Shown here: positions 50,201 through 61,159 of the stretch, piece by piece
Layout: the number at the start of each line of letters is the position of its first letter
How positions within the stretch are numbered: position 1 is the first letter of the stretch
Assembly (NCBI GenBank): GCA_043228905.1
Contig: JBHGNT010000005.1
Coordinates: 14,446,001-14,510,000, forward strand
From: Azolla caroliniana
Taxonomy: Eukaryota > Plantae > Polypodiophyta
Reading direction: 5' to 3'
Length of the DNA stretch: 64,000 nucleotides
The notes under the pieces: generated by a model
Seen by the model: the letters and a program-made list of their open reading frames with translations, nothing else
Databases searched by the model: none
What the model was told of the DNA's origin: nothing
Made by a program: the position numbers and the translations under genes

Positions 50201-53200
50201 GCTTGTGCCCGACTTTCTCGTGCATATGCAGCCCTTGGTGCTCTCGAGAGACAATGTGCACATTTGCAGTTCCAAGAGCCACGGACTAAGCTATGGTTAT
50301 TTGATACACTTGTCACACCAACTCTTCTCTATGGAGTAGAGACATGGGGACCGAGTCTTAACAAGGCAAATCATTGGAAAGATTTAGAGAGACCTTAGTG
50401 TCAATGATTGCTCGCATGATAAGGAGCAAAGCATCGATGCCCCACGATATAATCCGGGCAGAGATGGGAGCAGCACCTATAATAACCGAGGCGTTGTTTC
50501 GATCAGTGACATTTATCCAACGTCTTTGGGAGCTCCCTAAACGAAGGTACCCAAGGTTGGCAGTTATGTCATCAAAACAACTGGCTGAAAATGGAGACAC
50601 TCATTGTTGGTATGCTGAAATGCAGCAATGGTTCGAGTCACATGGCATGAGTATAAATGCCGTACCCCCGTTCCAATATAGCTTGGACTGTCCCCATCTA
50701 AATATGACCAAAGTGGAAAAGAATAGAGTGATCCGGACTGATATTATTAACTTGGAAAACAAGATAACATGGATCAGCCCCAAAATACCACTTGGTACAA
50801 AGATGGCCCACTATAAGACACACTTCTTACATACATCGGAGGATGGATTTGTCATCAGGCCACCTTATATTGACATACATCTATCCTATGCGCTGCGTAG
50901 TGTGATAGGGCAGCTGCAAACTTCATCACATCAGCTACAGATTGAGGTAGGCAGATATACACAACCACCTCTAGAAGAGAGAATTTGCCAATTGTGTCAT
51001 CAAGGAGTGGAATCTGAAGAACACTATGTTTGTCATTGTAGTGTCTTTTATGAAATCAGAGGGAGATACCATTGCCTATTTAAATAAGGCTTTGGCCCAC
51101 TACGCAAGGTAATGGAATATGAGGACCAACGATGTCTAGGACTTTTCTTGCTAGAGCTCAAGAGACACCGGGAAAAGTTGTTGAAGAATATAGCCACACA
51201 AGCTCATCCACAAAGAACAATCACAACTTTCTTTAGCCCCATCACTCCTAATGCTAGAAGTCAACCCCGGGATACACAAATGGGCTTCAGACCAAGACAT
51301 AACAAAGGGGTTACAATTGATCGGGCAATGGCAACTTGTCGTGCACGTAGGCCTCGGCCCCATGGACCACGACCTTGACACCCTTGTCATCGACAAATAA
51401 AAGCCATTATCTCCCGTCATAGGTGCTTCCCTCGCTTCGGAGACATTTCCATTCTGGATCGACCTATGCTAGAGATCTTTCGAAGACAAAAGCTACAATA
51501 TACCTAACTTGAGGATCTCACATGTGCCAAAAACCAGATTCCCTCATTTCTTTTCTTTTCATGTTATTTACTTTTATATTTACTATGTAATATTTATTTT
51601 ATTTTGATTTGTTCTCAAAGACAAGACAACACTTAAGATGTAATCTCTTATTTGGTCTTTTAGGCCATTTTGGCCTCTTAAAAGACGTTAATATATCTTT
51701 CTTTCTTTCTTTCTTTCTATCTTTTCTACCATAGCTCCACTATTGCATCTAAAGGGCCTATGCTAGGGTGAATCCTGAGTATTCCTTAGCCCTATTGACA
51801 TCAATCCTAACCCTTACAAATGTTACTCCTAGGTATGTGTAGGAGCGTTTGTATTCCACCTTTTCCTCTCCCAAGAAGAATTCTGGTTCTGATCTTGTTA
51901 CCCATGCTTGGGTGGTGTTAAACACCATCACTTTAGTTTTATTCATGTTGATTGACAAACCTCTGTCCGTACAAAATAGTTTTAAGGCATTTAGATGTCT
52001 TTGTAGTCCCTCCGGAGAGTCAGAAATCAACACAATATCATCAGCATATAGTAATATTTGTATAGCTATACCTGCTACGCGTGCTCCAGAACCTCCAAAT
52101 CTCTCTATTTATTGTGATACCTCATCTATATAGAGACCGAAGAGAGTGGGGGATAGTGGGCATCCTTGCTTTACTCCAATTGTGCTAGCCACCGCCTCTG
52201 ACAAGCCCTTAGAAGACCGCACTTTTCCTGACACAGAATCATAGATTGCATAGATTCCCCATTGCATATATGTAGGAACACCAAGGGCTTCTAGCTGCTG
52301 CATAAGCCAAGCATGTGGCACAGTGTCAAAGGCTTTTCGGAAATCCACAAAGCAGCAATAAATTCTCTTATTGTGGCCTCTGCCCTCCTCAATAAGGGCC
52401 CAGAGGGTGAATATGTGATCCAAAGTTGTGAACCCCTTCCGAAAGCCTGCTTGTCCAATTGAACGGCAGCCATTTTGAGGATTGGCACAATGGTATGTTG
52501 AGTCCATCTAGTAGGGAAACCTTCACACGTGGCTCTATTAAAGATGTGTGCTACCAATGGGAGCAAGGTGTCACGGGCATAGATAAAGTGCTCACCCACC
52601 AATCCATCCTGATCTTGGGCCTTCCCAAATTGTAGCCGATCAATGGCATTTCTTACATGTTGTGGTGGAAAGAAGGTTGATTCATGTGGGCGTGAGGCAT
52701 TTGGGTGGGGAAGAGGAGGTTGCCCCGGGATATCATATAGAACCTTTGCATATTCATGCCACACCTGTGGTGAGGTTAATTGTGTGGTGGGTTGCCTCTC
52801 ATTAAACATTTTCAATGCTCTTTTACTCTCTTGTCCTAGAAACGTCTTTAGATTGTGTGCTATAACCAGGAAATTTATATTTCTTGGTTTTGGACTCAAA
52901 TTTAGTCCTTTTATGATCTGAAATGTGAACATAAGCATCACAACCAAAGCCTTTAAAATGAGATATTGAGGGCTTTACACCTATAAATGCTTTTGCAGGG
53001 GTCATTGCAGCAACTGCTTTTGTTGGGCAGCAGTTGATGATGAGAACTACTGTGTTGACAGCTTCACCCCAAAACGAGAGAGGAAGATCAAATTGAGATA
53101 GCATTGTACGAGCCATCTCTTGGACTGTCCGGTTCTTCCTTTCCACAACTCCATTCTGTTGAGTATTGGGTGTAGAAAATTGGCGAGCAATGCCTCGTTG

Positions 53201-56200
53201 CTAGCAGAAATGCTGGAATGCTTGGGAGATAAACACTCCACCATTATCGGACCTGATCTTTCAAGTCTCGTTCTCCACAAGAGCTACCCATTCTTGAAAT
53301 TTGGTGAAGGCTTAAGATTTTTCTACAAGAAAATAAACCCAAACCTTATGGGAGAAATCATCATTAATAAGCATGAAGTAACATGCACCACCAAGAGTAG
53401 TGGTTTTCATGGGACCACAAAGATCCATATGCAATAACTCTAAGATAGATGTTGCACAATGAGTGGCTTCATGATGGAAAGGCTCTCGATGTCGCTTGCC
53501 ATGAAGACAAGCAACACATGGGGTATTGGAAGTTTTGAAAATAGGCAGACCCTCAACTAGCTGTGAAGAGGAGAGCTTTTGTAGAGAATCATACTTGAGG
53601 TGACAGAACCTAGCATGCCACAACGTGGGTTCATTAGCTGTCTCTTCATCTGTAGCTTGAAATTGGCGAGCAATACTGAGTTTAATATTAAACATGAGGA
53701 AAGCATGAGCACAAGAATCCTTATCTACCCAAGCTTCAACCTCAACATTAGATGAGCCAACAACTGATTTGGTTGAAGAGGATGAAGTTATCGTGGTTTC
53801 TTGTCACTATCATTGACTACATTCCATAGACGATGGTACTGTAGCAAGGTCTTTATTTGCAGTTCCCAATCCAAGTAATTGTTCCCATCCAAGATGGACT
53901 CTTTGGGGAGTTGGGGAATGGTTGATGAAACAATGGTGGCATGTGAGGCCATGGACATCCTCCTCTTGAGTTACAACTGGACAATTTGCAGCAGCTGTAA
54001 GTAGATGCTCAAGGTCTTTCTACTCCTCCCTAAATGCTAGGTGAGGCTCAGATGAGGGGAAAAGAAAAAAAAGAACCTCATTTGTAGGTTGGGAGGGTGG
54101 CTGCTAAGAGAACCTCTATAGGGTTGGGAGGGAGGGATAAAAGAAGATAGGTTCGTGTGCTCTTTGGCAAAAAAAATCAGGCTGAGGATATGGAGACCTC
54201 ACTGCTCTGATACCATGTGAGAAAAGCTGTTAATAGCAGCAGCGGAACAGTTGTTAAAACAAAATAGACACAGCCAAGCTGTGAGAAGGCTGTTAGACAG
54301 CAGTAGAAAAAATGGTTGCAAAGAGTAGAGACACAGCCAAAGAGTAGAGCTTGTTTGTAAGTAGCAGCAAAAGTAAAAGTCTTTACAAAGCTGGTATAGC
54401 CTATTTATACAAAATTGGGGAAAGTGGGTGAAATGGTTGTTTGGTAGTTAAGTGACTCATGTACTACCAAACAGGTACAATAAACTAGGAATAAGAGGAA
54501 ATATCTTAGAAAAAGTGGAAGAGAGGTTTACAACATCGAAAAGGTGGCAAGTTCTCGATGTCGAGGTCATTGTTATTGAATGACTTATATCACCTATGTA
54601 ACATTATCCGTCAGTGTGTTTTGTTGTCACCATTTTCTTTGATGCTTCAAATGTCTCATATATAATACTTCGAGACAGTGGTTATGACATTCTTTGTTTG
54701 GAATAATGTTTCTACCATCATGGGAAGTGGTTCCATATGGCTAGAGCTCATATGGCTGCAACATCATGTGGACGGGGTGAGAACTACTTGATTATCTTTT
54801 TCCATACAGAAGAAACACTGATATATTATACAGCTCTTCCGAAGGACCACATCATTAACCCTTGTACCACTGTAAGTTAACAAAGATGTCACAAACTGTT
54901 GGACAGAGCCAACAAGATCCTTCAATTTAGATCCATGAAGATTCACAAAAAGGGTCCTTTCTTCACCTTGGTTTATAGTTTATTTCAATTATATATGTTA
55001 GGCATAAATGCAATGACTCTAGCTCACCTTGATGATGAGATTCTGAAGCTCCTTCTCCAGAGTTCCATTGTCTAGGATTGTTGGATCGTTTTCATTGACG
55101 AGAATTCTAAGTAGTCTTAGAGCAACTTCGGTCGTAATCAGCTCTCTACCATGCTGTCCAAAGCTCTACAGAAATATCAGAAAGAAAAAAATGAGACCAC
55201 AATCGTATGAAAGCATATTGGAAGCAATGAAGGTAGAGATTACTTCATTCCTTACTAAAAGCAGTCTGTACTTATCATCCTTTATATAATCCTTGACACT
55301 TTGCTCAACTGTTGCAACCACAATCTCACTCACATAGCCATCTGAATCTGATTTCAAAGATTCTACCTGTTTATATAACTGAATATTTACATCAAATCCA
55401 ACAAAAATATGAATTATAAAGTTCGCATATAGAGATAAGAATCATGTACAACCAGCATCTTCTGTGGATGTTTGATAGCAAGGGATTTAACTTCTTGAAT
55501 TAAAGCATCCCTGAAAAGTGATTTTGCTATAAACATTACCAAACCTTATGCAACGCATAGCAACATGACACGTCCAAGAGACATTATTTGAAAAGAAATG
55601 CTCAGAATTGTATACCTGTGATGGTAAAGGTCAAAATTTATTGAAGTAATGTTCCTTTTCTCATTTTGCTCCCCATTAATCTCCTAGATGGCCCACAAAA
55701 CCAGTGAGAAAATTTATATGGAATCGGGATTGAGCATATAGAGGGCCAATAAAAAAACAAGAAACTTGTGATTGACAACGATGCCTAAGAACAATTTCAG
55801 CAACAATCCTATTTCCCTATCTGGAACACAGATCTCCAGGTTTGTTTTTTTTAAACATTGGTTATAAACCATTTTTATGCACAACTAGGTTTTGTTTGAT
55901 AAGTTTGCTCCATTGAGTTAAGATTTTTCCTCCCAATTGATTTGAATAGGTAATTAGCTAAAAAAGTAGGTCCTTTTTACACACCCAAAGAATTACCACA
56001 TTCCCTTGTATTCATCATGGAGTGAAAATTATGAAATGCAAGTCCAACTCTTTTGATCTTCAAACGATTACGATTAGAATGTTGGAGGGTGGCAGCTCCA
56101 GACCTGCACTCTCTTTCATATTTATTATCTCTGTACTACATTCTCTCTTTTCTCAGATTCTTCTCTCTCTAGAATCTGCAACTCTTTAAATGCCTTCTCT

Positions 56201-59200
56201 CTCAAGAATCTACAATGCTTTAAATGCCTTTTCTCTCTTCTACCTTTTCCAAGATATTCCCTTTTATTCCTAGTTTTTTTGTACCTGTTTGGTAGTACAA
56301 GAGCCACTTTACTACCAAACAACCATTTCACCCACTTTCCGCAATTTTGTATAAATAGGCTATACCAGCCTCTTTTGTAAAGACATTTTTTACTTTTGGT
56401 TGCTACTTAAAACCAGCTCTATTCCTTGGCTGTGTCTTTGCTCTTTACAACCATTTTTTCTACTGCTGTCTAACAGCCTTCTCACAGCTTGGCTGTGCCT
56501 ATTTTGTTTTAAGTCTTCCGCTGCTGCTATTAACAGCTTTTCTCACATGGTATCAGAGCAGTGAGGTCTCCATATCCTCAGCCTGATTTTTTTTGCCAAA
56601 GAGCACACAGACCTATCTTCTTTTATCCCTCCCTCCCAACCCTACAGAGGAGGCTCTTCTGTTTTCTTTTCCCCTTATCTGAGCCTCACCTAGCATCTAG
56701 GGAGAAGTAGAAAGACCCTGAGTATCTACTTACAACTGCTGTAAATTGTCCAGCTGTAGCTCAAGAGGAGGATATCCATGGCCTCACATGCCACCATTGT
56801 TTCATCAACCATTCCCCAACTTCCCAAAGAATCCATCTTGGATGGGAACAATTACTTGGATTGGGAGCTACAAATAAAGACCTTGCTACAATACCATCGT
56901 TTATGGAATGTAGTCAATGGTAGTGACAAGAAACCACCAGTAACTTCATCCTCTTCAACCAAATCAGTTGCTGGCTCATCTAACGCTGAGATTGAAGCTT
57001 GGCTAGATAAGGATTCTCGTGCTCATGCTTTCCTCATGTTTAATATTAAACCGAGCATCGCTCGTCAATTTCAAGATAAAGATGACGAGACAGCCAATGA
57101 ACTATGGACAGCCATCAAAAGGAGGTATCATCAAGCTAATCATGCTCAAATGATAGCTATTGAAAGCCAACTAGCAAATCTCAAGATTCATGACACTCCC
57201 AACATCATGGATCAAATAACGGAATTTGTCACTCTCCAAAAGGAACTAGTTTCTTTGGGAAGCAAGTCCACTGAAGTTGAGTTTGTGCATCGTCTAATGA
57301 TAAAGTTGCCTGAGTCATTCTCAGCCTTTTGTGACACCATTTCTCTTCTTCCCAACACACCTGACATGAATACATTTCTTGGTATGCTACAAGATAGGGC
57401 AACAAGGAAGAAAAGTGCTCAAACTTCCAATGAGACGCTTCTACATGCGACAAGTAAAGGCAAGTGGAAGCAAAATGGTAACTCCTACAACAAACCCAAT
57501 CCAAGACCGCCAAACAACCCAGCTTACAAGGAGCTCACTTGTCATTATTGTGGCTACAAAGGTCACATTCAGCCAGATTGTCGGAAAAAGAAAAGGGACA
57601 ATGCTAAGAACTCTTCTTCTACCAGAAATCAACCTACACCGAAATCCAACTCGACCCACTCAACCAAAGAAACAGTTTTCCTTGGCATTGAGGAACATAC
57701 TTCACATTTGGCTGGACCAACTACTTCAACCATCGATGAGTGGTTAGTAGATAGTGGTGCCACTTCACACATGACCTATGACAAATCCATTTTGCATGAT
57801 GTGAAGCCTAGCTCTTCCCAAATCTCTATAGGAGATGCCTCAAGCATTGAGGCTTCATGTGTGGGTAATGTGGTTCTTGACAATTCTTCAAGTGAAGAAC
57901 CTGTCGTTCTTCAAGATGTGCTACATGTGCCTCGCATCTCTACCAACCTACTTTCGGTTTACAAAATCACCAAGCAAGGTTATGGAGTCTACTTTGATAG
58001 CTCAGTTTTGGAAGTGATTGACACCAACAGCCTACAAATTGTAGCTAGTGGCACACAAGAAGGGGGTTTATATCGCCTAAAAAGCTCCCATAGCCCCTTG
58101 GAAAACTCCAAATCTCATCTTCTTCATCTTCTTCAAGGCTCTCATGCCTTGGTGGCACAAGAAGATCCCACGTTGCGGCATGCTAGGTTTGGTCATCTCA
58201 ACTATGATTCTCTTCAAAAGCTCTCCTCCTCCCAACTAGTTGAGGGTCTTCCTATTTTCAAATCTCCCAATACCCCATGTGTTGCTTGTCTTCATGGCAA
58301 GCAACACCGAGAGCCTTTCCCTCATGAAGCCACTCACCGAGCAACATCTATCTTGGAGTTAGTGCACATGGATCTTTGTGGTCCCATGAAAACCACTACT
58401 CTTGGTGGTGCACGCTACTTCATGCTTATAATTGATGACTTCTCCCGCAAGGTTTGGGTTTATTTTCTTGTAGAAAAATCCCAAGCCTTCGCAAAATTTC
58501 AAGAATGGGTAGCTCTCGTGGAGAACGAGACATCGAAGAAAGTTCGAAAGATCAGGTCGGACAATGGTGGAGAGTTTATCTCCAAAGCTTTCCACCATTT
58601 CTGCTCTCAACGAGGCATTGCTCGCCAATTTTCTACACCCAATACTCAACAAAATGGAGTCATGGAAAGGAAGAACCGGACAGTCCAAGAGATGGCTCGT
58701 ACGATGCTATCTCAATCTGATATTCCTCTCTCGTTTTGGGGTGAAGCTGTCAACACAGCAGTCTACATCATCAACTGCTGCCCAACAAAAGCACTTGCTA
58801 GAATGACGCCTGAAGAAGCATTTACAGGTGTAAAGCCCTCAGTATCTCATTTTAAAGTCTTTGGTTGTGATGCTTATGTTCACATTTCAGATCATAAAAG
58901 GACGAAATTTGAGTCCACAACCAAGAAATGCAAATTTCTTGGTTACAGCACACAATCTAAAGCATATAGGTTATGGGATTTAGAGTCAAAGTCCCTACTC
59001 ATATCTAGGGATGTTCATTTTGTGGAGTCTCAGCCGGATGACTCTAGGATTTCACCTAAGTTCATGGTTGAAATCCAAGCTCCTCCGGAATCTCCTATTT
59101 TAGACGAAGATGTCTCATCTTCAAGCCCCCCATCTCCTCCTACTCAATCTCTAACTTCGCCAACAATTCAAACCTCTCCCTCAACTCCACTTGTTTCCAC

Positions 59201-59891
59201 TCCCTCTACAAACCAGCTTCCACCACTTCCCAAGTGGCTTCAAGCCACCATTCGTGATTCTCATCTCTCCGATGCTGAACTTCATGAGTATACATCTGGT
59301 TCTCGAACACGTAAATCACAACGCCCTCTTCACTCATGCAACTTTGCCTTATTGTGCACTGTTGTGCAATCAAAAGAACCCACAACAGCAAAAGAGGCCC
59401 TTGTTATTCCAAAGTGGAAAGCAGCAATGGAAGTTGAACTTGATTCCATTGAGCGGAATCATACATGGGAGCTGGTCCCACAGCCTCCACATCAACAAGT
59501 CATTGGATTGAAATGGATTTTCAAGACCAAATACCATGCTGATGGTACTTTGGATAAGCACAAGGCACGTTTAGTGGCAAAAGGCTACTCACAAGTTGAA
59601 GGAGTGGATTATGAGGAAACTTTTGCTCCAACAGCAAGGTACACATCTATCCGATGTGCGCTTGCACTTGCTGCTCACAACAAATGGATGTCAAGTCAGC
59701 CTTCCTTAACGGTGACTTGAAAGAGGAGGTTTATGTTGAACAGCCTCCAGGTTTCGAGATTTTAGAGCAGAAAAACATGGTCTACAGGTTACACAAAGCC
59801 TTGTATGGCTTAAAGCAAGCTCCCAAAGCTTGGCATGACAAAATTGATAGCTTCTTTCTCTCTCTTGGGTTTCAGAATTGTTATGTTGACA

Positions 59892-59976
<85 letters not shown>

Positions 59977-61159
59977 CCCGCTTCCAAGGCATGCCATTAA
60001 TCAGCTCCTTGGTCGACTCAATGTTTGATGGCCGTTCTGGAGCTGAGAGGAGGTGTTGGAGGGTGGCAGCTCCAGACCTGCACTCTCTTTCATATTTATT
60101 ATCTCTGTACTACATTCTCTCTTTTCTCAGATTCTTCTCTCTCTAGAATCTGCAACTCTTTAAATGCCTTCTCTCTCAAGAATCTACAATGCTTTAAATG
60201 CCTTTTCTCTCTTCTACCTTTTCCAAGATATTCCCTTTTATTCCTAGTTTTTTTGTACCTGTTTGGTAGTACAAGAGCCACTTTACTACCAAACAACCAT
60301 TTCACCCACTTTCCTCAATTTTGTATAAATAGGCTATACCAGCCTCTTTTGTAAAGACTTTTTGTACTTTTGGTTGCTACTTAAAACCAGCTCTATTCCT
60401 TGGCTGTGTCTTTGCTCTTTACAACCATTTTTTCTACTGCTGTCTAACAGCCTTCTCACAGCTTGGCTGTGCCTATTTTGTTTTAAGTCTTCCGCTGCTG
60501 CTATTAACAGCTTTTCTCACATAGAAAGCATTAAAGCATTACATGCTCCCTCGTTTAGATACTGAACTTTCTGAGATTGTTATGTAGGAAAATATTGCTA
60601 AAACAATAACTCAAATATTCATCAACTAAAGAAGAAGCAAAGTCGTGCTTAAGGCTTGTTTGTTTTGCATTCACCTGAACAAGAGGTAAAAGAAATTGTA
60701 GAAGATAAGACTGGAGACACGTAGTTCCATTATGTATACATTTAAATGCATTATGGATTCAGGAAACGATTCAGTTCTACTTCTTCTTCTTTTTCACAAC
60801 TCAGGAGCATAGGTTTTTAAAGAATATGTAATAAGTTCCAGAATCTGACGAAGGATTGTTCCGTTTTGTTTTGTCTGCGTTTCTCTGTTTCGTATGTTTG
60901 ATAATTTAGGGTATCAAAAATCTCACACTAATATTTTTTCTTCTATTTTCTTTAAAACAAAATACAAGCAAGCAACGTTTTTTGTTTCCGGTGAATTGAA
61001 ATGCGTAACAAATGAAGATGCAAAGAAACCATAGCTTAGAAAGGAAGCATTTTGGAAAATTGCAGAGAGAGTGAGTAGACAGACACGGGTGAGATTTACC
61101 TGGAAGAGAAGAAGCGAGACAGAAACGAAGATGAAGCAGGGTAACAGAGAGAGGCTCAT
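35239..61159 (-). CDS. M14 zinc metallocarboxypeptidase A-like protein, 411 aa, with signal peptide and C-terminal transmembrane helix
   Basis: Exons 61159-61100, 55683-55616, 55510-55453, 55366-55256, 55165-55028, 37226-37157, 37047-36992, 36619-36494, 36404-36265, 36184-36112, 35729-35655, 35499-35239, all GT-AG, total 1236 nt. Motifs [52 protein letters not shown]. Confidence 0.93.
37970..38551 (+). mobile_element. RTE-X-like endonuclease fragment with ~230 bp internal tandem duplication
   Basis: Similar to 48063-48400; 38029-38259 is repeated at 38322-38551. Confidence 0.85.
38552..40403 (+). mobile_element. 3' half of a copia element (copia-B): RT-RNase H pseudogene, PPT and 3' LTR
   Basis: [32 protein letters not shown] with stops and frameshifts; PPT AAGTGGGAGG ending at 40086; LTR TGTTG...TTACA 40088-40403. 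Confidence 0.92.
40404..41017 (-). mobile_element. Inverted RTE-X RT-domain segment (chimeric duplicate)
   Basis: [26 protein letters not shown]; similar to 51819-52432 and to the reverse complement of 49558-50170. Confidence 0.9.
42393..47835 (-). mobile_element. Full-length copia element (copia-C) nested in RTE-X copy 2
   Basis: LTRs 47509-47835 and 42393-42701; TSD CGCAT (42388-42392, 47836-47840); PBS at 47497-47508; PPT at 42702-42710. Confidence 0.97.
42742..47055 (-). pseudogene. Copia gag-pol polyprotein with one premature stop at 45427-45429
   Basis: ORFs 47055-45427 and 45399-42742 are in the same frame ([12 protein letters not shown]); [38 protein letters not shown]. Confidence 0.95.
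47839..51378 (+). pseudogene. RTE-X-like ORF2 (APE endonuclease, RT, C-terminal Cys/His motif), frameshifted
   Basis: IWNCNG, GDFNART, VDY, TDHA, NYRTI, QAGF-like, [39 protein letters not shown]. Confidence 0.92.
51716..51818 (+). repeat. Second copy of the 3' end of the copia-B LTR
   Basis: Matches 40301-40403 with about three substitutions. Confidence 0.9.
51819..52843 (-). mobile_element. Older 5'-truncated RTE-X fragment
   Basis: RT motifs QAGFRKG, DFRKAFD, QGCPLSP, YADD; internal deletion near 52475; abuts copia integrase at 52846. Confidence 0.9.
52846..54535 (-). mobile_element. Deleted copia remnant (copia-D'), same family as 56080-60521
   Basis: LTR 54216-54535; PBS 54204-54215; gag start [10 protein letters not shown] fused by deletion (~53630) to the integrase region. 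Confidence 0.9.
56778..60028 (+). pseudogene. Copia-D polyprotein: gag-protease-integrase in frame, RT frameshifted at ~59688 and truncated
   Basis: [43 protein letters not shown]; YVDD and most of RNase H are absent. Confidence 0.93.
59896..59976. repeat. Compound (TC)n(TA)n microsatellite
   Basis: Directly visible at the copia-D deletion junction. Confidence 0.95.

Larger units (their letters stand above)
41030..51715 (+). mobile_element. RTE-X-like LINE copy 2, full length, interrupted by copia-C
   Basis: CT-rich 5' UTR; ORF1 41315-42363 (degenerate); ORF2 split at 42392/47841; 3' UTR and (TTTC)n tail to ~51715. Confidence 0.92.
56080..60521 (+). mobile_element. Copia element (copia-D) with internal RT/RNase H deletion, in carboxypeptidase intron 1
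   Basis: 468-bp LTRs 56080-56547 and 60054-60521 (about 3 substitutions); TSD TAGAA; PBS 56548-56559; PPT GAGAGGAGG. Confidence 0.97.

Noticed and set aside
54540-54950. Possible gypsy integrase remnant on the minus strand
   Set aside because: Only vague resemblance; no intact diagnostic motif.
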